Positions 32,622 to 36,837 of a stretch of 36,837 bases of DNA are shown here, one piece after another (within the stretch, counting starts at the first letter, position 1; the number at the start of each line of letters is the position of its first letter). Source of the stretch: a virus; IMG/VR virus record IMGVR_UViG_3300044557_000138, positions 1 to 36,837 of that record; one strand, written 5' to 3'. The notes under the pieces are model-generated. The model did not search any database, was not told where the DNA came from, and saw only the letters and a program-made list of their open reading frames with translations. A program made the position numbers and the translations under genes.

Positions 32622-33053
32622 CTAGGCGGCGTGCTTGGGCTGCGCCGGATCGGGCAGGGCTGCGAGCTGACTGCGCCTGGCGACGCTGAGCGGATTGTAC
32701 GCGGTGCCCAGAGCCGAGGCCACGAGCGCGGCGGCGGAGCCGATGAACGCGCCCACGTCCGGGTTGCCGAACGCGGTGAACCCGGCCGCCGTGATCGAGG
32801 CGGCCAGGCCGAGGATGTAGACCACGGTGCGAACCGTGGGGTTGAACGCGGGCGTGTAGCCGCCAGCTCCGAATCCGGTGCCGTCAGTCTCGCCGCCAGA
32901 CTGCGCTTCGGTCTGCGTCGTTGGCTGCGCGGGCGCAGCGAGCTGCGCGAGGCCCTCGTCGGGCTTCGCAGTCTCTGCTGTCGTATCGGGTTCGCCTGCC
33001 AGCCGGCCCACCTCAGGGTCCTGCGCCGCTGTTTCCGTCGTGGTGTCGCTCAT
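32622..33053 (-). CDS. Holin-like membrane protein (143 aa)
   Basis: Track ORF trimmed to ATG 33053 (ATGA overlap with the endolysin stop). Acidic low-complexity N-terminus, then two hydrophobic helices (VVYILGLAASITAAGFTAF and AFIGSAAALVASALGTA). Confidence 0.6.
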   Translation of the reverse strand: MSDTTTETAAQDPEVGRLAGEPDTTAETAKPDEGLAQLAAPAQPTTQTEAQSGGETDGTGFGAGGYTPAFNPTVRTVVYILGLAASITAAGFTAFGNPDVGAFIGSAAALVASALGTAYNPLSVARRSQLAALPDPAQPKHAA

Positions 33054-33916
33054 TTCTTCTCCTCTGCTCTCATGGTGATGGTGGTGGCGTCCAGCTTGGC
33101 CTTGACCGCGTCCCCTACCGCTTTGGCGATATCTGCTGGGTTGCTTCCCAGTGCCTTGGACAGGGCTTCGATGGCGGCGGCCTGCGCGGTGATGGTCGCG
33201 GTCATCTGGCGCACCCGGTTGTCGATGTAGCACACTCTCGTGTACAGGTCGCCACTAGTGCCGTCCTTGGTGCCTCCGTCGTCGTTGCGCAGCAATGTCT
33301 TGACGAGCCTCGCGGTGTCGTTGTGCATCCAGCTCAGCCGCACCCACGCCAGCTGATTGGCCTTGTTGACCGTGCCCTGCGAGCCGATGGGATAGTTCCA
33401 GATGTCTCCTGCATTTGTCATGTCTGTGTCTCCTCCGTTGAGTAGTTGGTTGGCTTTGTTGATGATGTACGCCCAGTTCAGGCCGTTGGGGCACTGGTCC
33501 GGGCAGGCTGGATGCGTGTGCGGTGGCACCTCGCGGTGCAGGAACACGTTGACCCCGTGCACGAGCTTCCCCCACCCGTATCTGCGGGCGATGTCCGCGC
33601 ACAATCGGGCCGACGCGTCCAGACAGGCCTGCGTGCATGGGATGAAGTCGAGTCCTCCCTCGTGCTCGATGCTGATGGTGCGGCAGTTGGAGTCGTACGA
33701 CCCGTCCGCCCACGCGCCGTCGGCCTCGCTCACGTACTGGTCGATGCGCCCGTCCCCGCCGACGCCGTACGTGCTGGACGCCTGATAATTGGGATTGCTG
33801 AAGATGCTCGCGGTGCCGGCGCGGTATCCGGCCATGATGTGCAGGGTGATGCGGTCCACCTTGTAGCCGTTGCGCCCGGCGTAGTGATTGGGCGACGGCA
33901 CTTGTATGATGTTCAC
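33050..33916 (-). CDS. Endolysin, N-acetylmuramoyl-L-alanine amidase (amidase_2/PGRP type, 288 aa)
   Basis: …ITLHIMAG…SSTYGVG.DG…ISIEHEG…HREV…CP… matches the amidase_2 zinc-site layout. Located in the lysis position. Confidence 0.8.
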   Translation of the reverse strand: MNIIQVPSPNHYAGRNGYKVDRITLHIMAGYRAGTASIFSNPNYQASSTYGVGGDGRIDQYVSEADGAWADGSYDSNCRTISIEHEGGLDFIPCTQACLDASARLCADIARRYGWGKLVHGVNVFLHREVPPHTHPACPDQCPNGLNWAYIINKANQLLNGGDTDMTNAGDIWNYPIGSQGTVNKANQLAWVRLSWMHNDTARLVKTLLRNDDGGTKDGTSGDLYTRVCYIDNRVRQMTATITAQAAAIEALSKALGSNPADIAKAVGDAVKAKLDATTITMRAEEKK

Positions 33917-33996
33917 ACGAAAACCTCCCTAGATTTTCTGGTATGCGAAATCCTCGCGGCTTTGACGGCCATGGGGCTTGGGAATGATTGCGAGAG

Positions 33997-34416
33997 CTAC
34001 GGGACGAGCTTGGGGAAGTCCGGGCGCATCGACTCAGGCAAATGGGGCTTCGGGTGGCTCTTTGTCCATGGAACCTCGCCGGACTCGCACAAACCGTCCA
34101 GCCAGTGGAACAGCTCGCGCAGGTAGCGGGTGCGCTCGATGTCGCGGTCCTCGAACTGCCGCTCCTCGGCCCGCAGCCAGTCATTGTCATCTAACAGTGC
34201 CTTGAGCTTGGCGTCCTGCGCGTCGATCTCTTCCTGCATCTTGCCCTGCGCGGACGCGAGCTCGTTGTAGGCGTGCGCGAGGTTGCCGCGATGCGCCGAC
34301 ACGATGTTGAGCACGCCCACCACGAGTCCTCCCACGACCGCGCCGATCAGACCGATCAGCGCGACCGTGACGTCCTTGTCGAGTGATGAAAGCCATTGCG
34401 TCACCTGATCCGCCAT
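33997..34416 (-). CDS. Membrane-anchored coiled-coil protein (139 aa), lysis-associated
   Basis: ORF track. N-terminal TM helix VTVALIGLIGAVVGGLVVGVLNIV followed by a charged helical region. Confidence 0.55.
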   Translation of the reverse strand: MADQVTQWLSSLDKDVTVALIGLIGAVVGGLVVGVLNIVSAHRGNLAHAYNELASAQGKMQEEIDAQDAKLKALLDDNDWLRAEERQFEDRDIERTRYLRELFHWLDGLCESGEVPWTKSHPKPHLPESMRPDFPKLVP

Positions 34417-34541
34417 CCCGTTTTCGAGACCATTCCACGGCGGCGGCTCAGATGCTGGGTGAGCCAGCCGGTGAACCCGCCCAGACCGCCCGACCCGATG
34501 ATGGCGGTTATGATCGCCACGAGATTGTCCTCAGACAGCAC
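34401..34541 (-). CDS. Small single-TM protein (46 aa), holin-like, below the ORF-track cutoff
   Basis: GTG start after GGGGG. Translation: VLSEDNLVAIITAIIGSGGLGGFTGWLTQHLSRRRGMVSKTGWRIR, one TM helix plus a basic tail. Confidence 0.4.
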   Translation of the reverse strand: MLSEDNLVAIITAIIGSGGLGGFTGWLTQHLSRRRGMVSKTGWRIR

Positions 34542-34551
34542 GATGCCCCCG

Positions 34552-35619
34552 TCAGAGCGTGGAGCCGTTGACGATGACCGTGTACCCCTTGCCCTTCAAC
34601 GTTGCCACGGCCGGGTCGGACGCCGACGTGCGGGGTCCCACGATGTTGATCGTGCGGGACGACGTGTCCGAACTGTAGAACTTCGCCACGCACTTCGCCT
34701 GGTCGATGAACATGTCGTCGGGGTTGCTCAGCCGCACGCCCTGCAAAGCCATGATGGTCGCCGAAGCCGCACGACGTCCCGCCGTCCACGTCAGCGACTG
34801 GGATTGCGCGCCGTTCACGTTCACGATCTGGACCCCGGACGGCAGCGCGGAAAGGTCGCCGGACACCGACCGCGCGTTCCACAGGTAGCACGTGAGCAGC
34901 GCCGTGCACCCGTCGAGCTGGTCGAGGTTCAGGTCGTTGCCCGCGAGGTTCTGGACCCGCAGATCCGTCATGAGTTTCTTGTCGGCGAGGTTCGACAGGC
35001 TCCCCGTGACCGGGGCCCCCATGGTGTTGCCCCAAAACAGGGCCGTGAGGCCAGACGCCGCCGACAGGCCACCGAGGTCGAGCCCCAGTTTCATGACGTT
35101 CCACACTTCGACTCTGACCGTGTTCGACCCGAGGGTGTCGCCAAACCGTCCCGTCATGGTGGAATCGACTACCATGTACACGCTCCGCAGGTTCCGTCCG
35201 GCGAGCGCGGTGATGTCGCCGGTGGTTCTTGTCAGTCTGAGGCTGCGGAGCGTGGGGGCGTATGTGAATTTCTCGACGTCGACGGGCGTGTTGAATGTGA
35301 TGTCGGATCCGAAGGAGATGGAGCGCAGTGTGTATATGGGGATAGTGAGTATGTGGCGTCCGACGGCGAGGTAGATGGTGGTGGTCGTCAGGTCGCCGTC
35401 TGCGGTGGCGGGGATCTGTGTGGAGGATCCCTTGGCCGTTCCGTTGGACGTGGTGAATTGGCTGCTGGTGCCGATGATGGTGGTCTGCGCGTAGGCGATG
35501 TTCATGGTGTTCGAGCCCGTGGCGTCCGATGCCGTGACGTCGATCGTGGCCACTCCCATGGTCGGCAGGCTCATATTGGTGGCGGCCTCCTGGAGGCGAG
35601 TGATGAGTGCTTCTGACAT
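34552..35619 (-). CDS. Leucine-rich-repeat-like tail/host-recognition protein (355 aa)
   Basis: About 7 units of 22-26 aa with an L..L.L....G.L..L rhythm (LRSLRLTRTTGDITALAG, LTALFWGNTMGAPVTGSLSNLADKKL, MTDLRVQNLAGNDLNLDQLDGCTA, LLTCYLWNARSVSGDLSALPSG). AGGAGAAAAAAACA precedes the ATG. Confidence 0.55.
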   Translation of the reverse strand: MSEALITRLQEAATNMSLPTMGVATIDVTASDATGSNTMNIAYAQTTIIGTSSQFTTSNGTAKGSSTQIPATADGDLTTTTIYLAVGRHILTIPIYTLRSISFGSDITFNTPVDVEKFTYAPTLRSLRLTRTTGDITALAGRNLRSVYMVVDSTMTGRFGDTLGSNTVRVEVWNVMKLGLDLGGLSAASGLTALFWGNTMGAPVTGSLSNLADKKLMTDLRVQNLAGNDLNLDQLDGCTALLTCYLWNARSVSGDLSALPSGVQIVNVNGAQSQSLTWTAGRRAASATIMALQGVRLSNPDDMFIDQAKCVAKFYSSDTSSRTINIVGPRTSASDPAVATLKGKGYTVIVNGSTL

Positions 35620-35641
35620 TGTTTTTTTCTCCTGACTTTTT

Positions 35642-36837
35642 CTACTTCATTCCGAATTGGATGAAATAAGTGGGATTGTCCACGATGCATCGGATGATGA
35701 GCCGTCGGATGGCGCAGGCCATCCCGGAGTATCCGATGGCTCGGGGATGGCCTCCTATCATCATCCCCGTGTAGAGGGAAGACGAGAAGAACGGGTCGTC
35801 GAGCTGGTGGATGTAGCGGATGTCGTAGTGGTCGGCGATGGCGACCATCGCCGTGTTGAACGGTCTGCACACCGGGTCCATCGACGCCATGTCCATCATG
35901 ATGATGAAGGCGTCGGGAGCGTGCTTCTGGATGCTCTCGATGATGGTAGCGAAGTTTCCGTAGAAGCTGTCCGCGTGGGTGATGATGTCATCCTTGGTCC
36001 CCAGGTAGCCTATCCCATTCGAATAGGCGTCGTTGATGCCGAGTGCGAGAACGTACAGATCACATGGATCGGTGGACTGCATGAGCGTGAGCCCATGGTT
36101 GTCGGTCAGCCATGTGTCTGTCCTTAGGCCCGCCTTGCTGAAGTTGACGGCGGTGAGGCCATTCTGCCGTGCCATGATCTGCGGCCAGCTCAAATCGTAG
36201 TGGTCCGATCCCCAGCCGTTGGTCTGAGCGAGGTTGCCGCTCGCGTAGCTGTCGCCGACGACGCCGATAGTGGACAGCATGGCGAGGGACAGCCGGTCGA
36301 GCGTGGCTCTCATCGGACTCTCCAGTCGCGTCGTGAGAGAGTCGACAAGCTGACCGGACAGTCCGTCCACGTCCGAGACGGTGAGACTCCCGTCCACGGT
36401 CACGTCGCCCGTGAACCGTTTCGACCCGTCCCTATGCGTCCCCTCGAGCAGTCGTCCCTGCGAGTCGACCACGGCCCGCAGATACTCCGGATTGTTCTCG
36501 TAGCTTCCATAGGCGTCACGCACCTGCCGGGGCACGCCAACGCCGAAACGCATGTCACCGTCGCGTGTCACCCCATACAGCAGTCGTCCCTGCGAGTCGA
36601 CCACGGCCCGCAGATACTCCGGATTGTTCTCGTAGCTTCCATAGGCGTCACGCACCTGCCGGGGCACGCCAACGCCGAAACGCATGTCACCGTCGCGTGT
36701 CACCCCATACAGCAGTCGTCCCTGCGAGTCGACCACGGCCCGCAGATACTCCGGATTGTTCTCGTAGCTTCCATAGGCGTCACGCACCTGCCGGGGCACG
36801 CCAACGCCGAAACGCATGTCACCGTCGCGTGTCACCC
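35642..36837 (-). CDS. Tail fibre / receptor-binding protein, C-terminal segment: 44-aa repeats plus an SGNH/GDSL esterase domain
   Basis: Track ORF 35642..36835 (its GTG start is an edge artefact). GDS block VVGDSYASG, GxND block LGINDA, and GGHP near the C-terminus. Joins 662..1 in frame. Confidence 0.85.
   Translation of the reverse strand, partial: VTRDGDMRFGVGVPRQVRDAYGSYENNPEYLRAVVDSQGRLLYGVTRDGDMRFGVGVPRQVRDAYGSYENNPEYLRAVVDSQGRLLYGVTRDGDMRFGVGVPRQVRDAYGSYENNPEYLRAVVDSQGRLLEGTHRDGSKRFTGDVTVDGSLTVSDVDGLSGQLVDSLTTRLESPMRATLDRLSLAMLSTIGVVGDSYASGNLAQTNGWGSDHYDLSWPQIMARQNGLTAVNFSKAGLRTDTWLTDNHGLTLMQSTDPCDLYVLALGINDAYSNGIGYLGTKDDIITHADSFYGNFATIIESIQKHAPDAFIIMMDMASMDPVCRPFNTAMVAIADHYDIRYIHQLDDPFFSSSLYTGMMIGGHPRAIGYSGMACAIRRLIIRCIVDNPTYFIQFGMK
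36447..36837. repeat. 132-bp tandem repeat, 2 full copies plus 127 nt (other end of the array at 1..320)
   Basis: Copies start at 36447, 36579 and 36711, identical to each other and to 1-132. Confidence 0.95.

Noticed and set aside
33255-34190. Minus-strand ORF of 311 aa (Arg/His-rich) overlapping the endolysin
   Set aside because: It is an alternative frame of the well-supported amidase gene and of the 139-aa gene, and its composition is not protein-like.

Overview
The window is essentially one temperate siphovirus-type phage genome with an HK97-like head module and a long non-contractile tail. The host is probably a high-GC Gram-positive (actinobacterial or Bifidobacterium-like in style), but that is inference only. 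Bases 1-127 are identical to 36711-36837 and the break falls inside a tail-fibre gene, so this looks like a circularly closed genome of about 36.7 kb, not a prophage with chromosomal flanks. Minus strand, in transcription order: a Cro-like regulator and an antirepressor; an Exo-RecT-SSB recombination module; a PD-(D/E)XK nuclease; a GIY-YIG insertion; a replication organiser; a run of small translationally coupled ORFs; a 616-nt non-coding gap holding a tRNA-like element; an HNH gene plus a second low-GC HNH_3 endonuclease; then TerS, TerL, portal, protease, major capsid, head-tail connectors, major tail, G/G-T chaperones with a -1 frameshift, tape measure and Dit/Tal-like proteins. These are followed by three candidate host-recognition proteins (a coiled-coil fibre, an SGNH-esterase fibre with perfect 132-bp tandem repeats, and an LRR-like protein) and the lysis cassette. 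Plus strand: a small XRE repressor, an Ltp-like superinfection-exclusion protein, an attP-like region, a tyrosine integrase, three cargo ORFs, and one membrane-protein moron wedged between terS and terL. The most unusual observations are these: the integrase is bracketed by two different tRNA 3'-half mimics, each with its own phased direct repeats; the fibre gene carries a perfect in-frame repeat array; a GIY-YIG ORF is fused to a duplicated 5' end of the replication gene; an opposite-strand gene splits terS from terL; and a plus-oriented intrinsic terminator sits just upstream of the antirepressor. All calls come from reading the sequence and from remembered family motifs. No searches were run.
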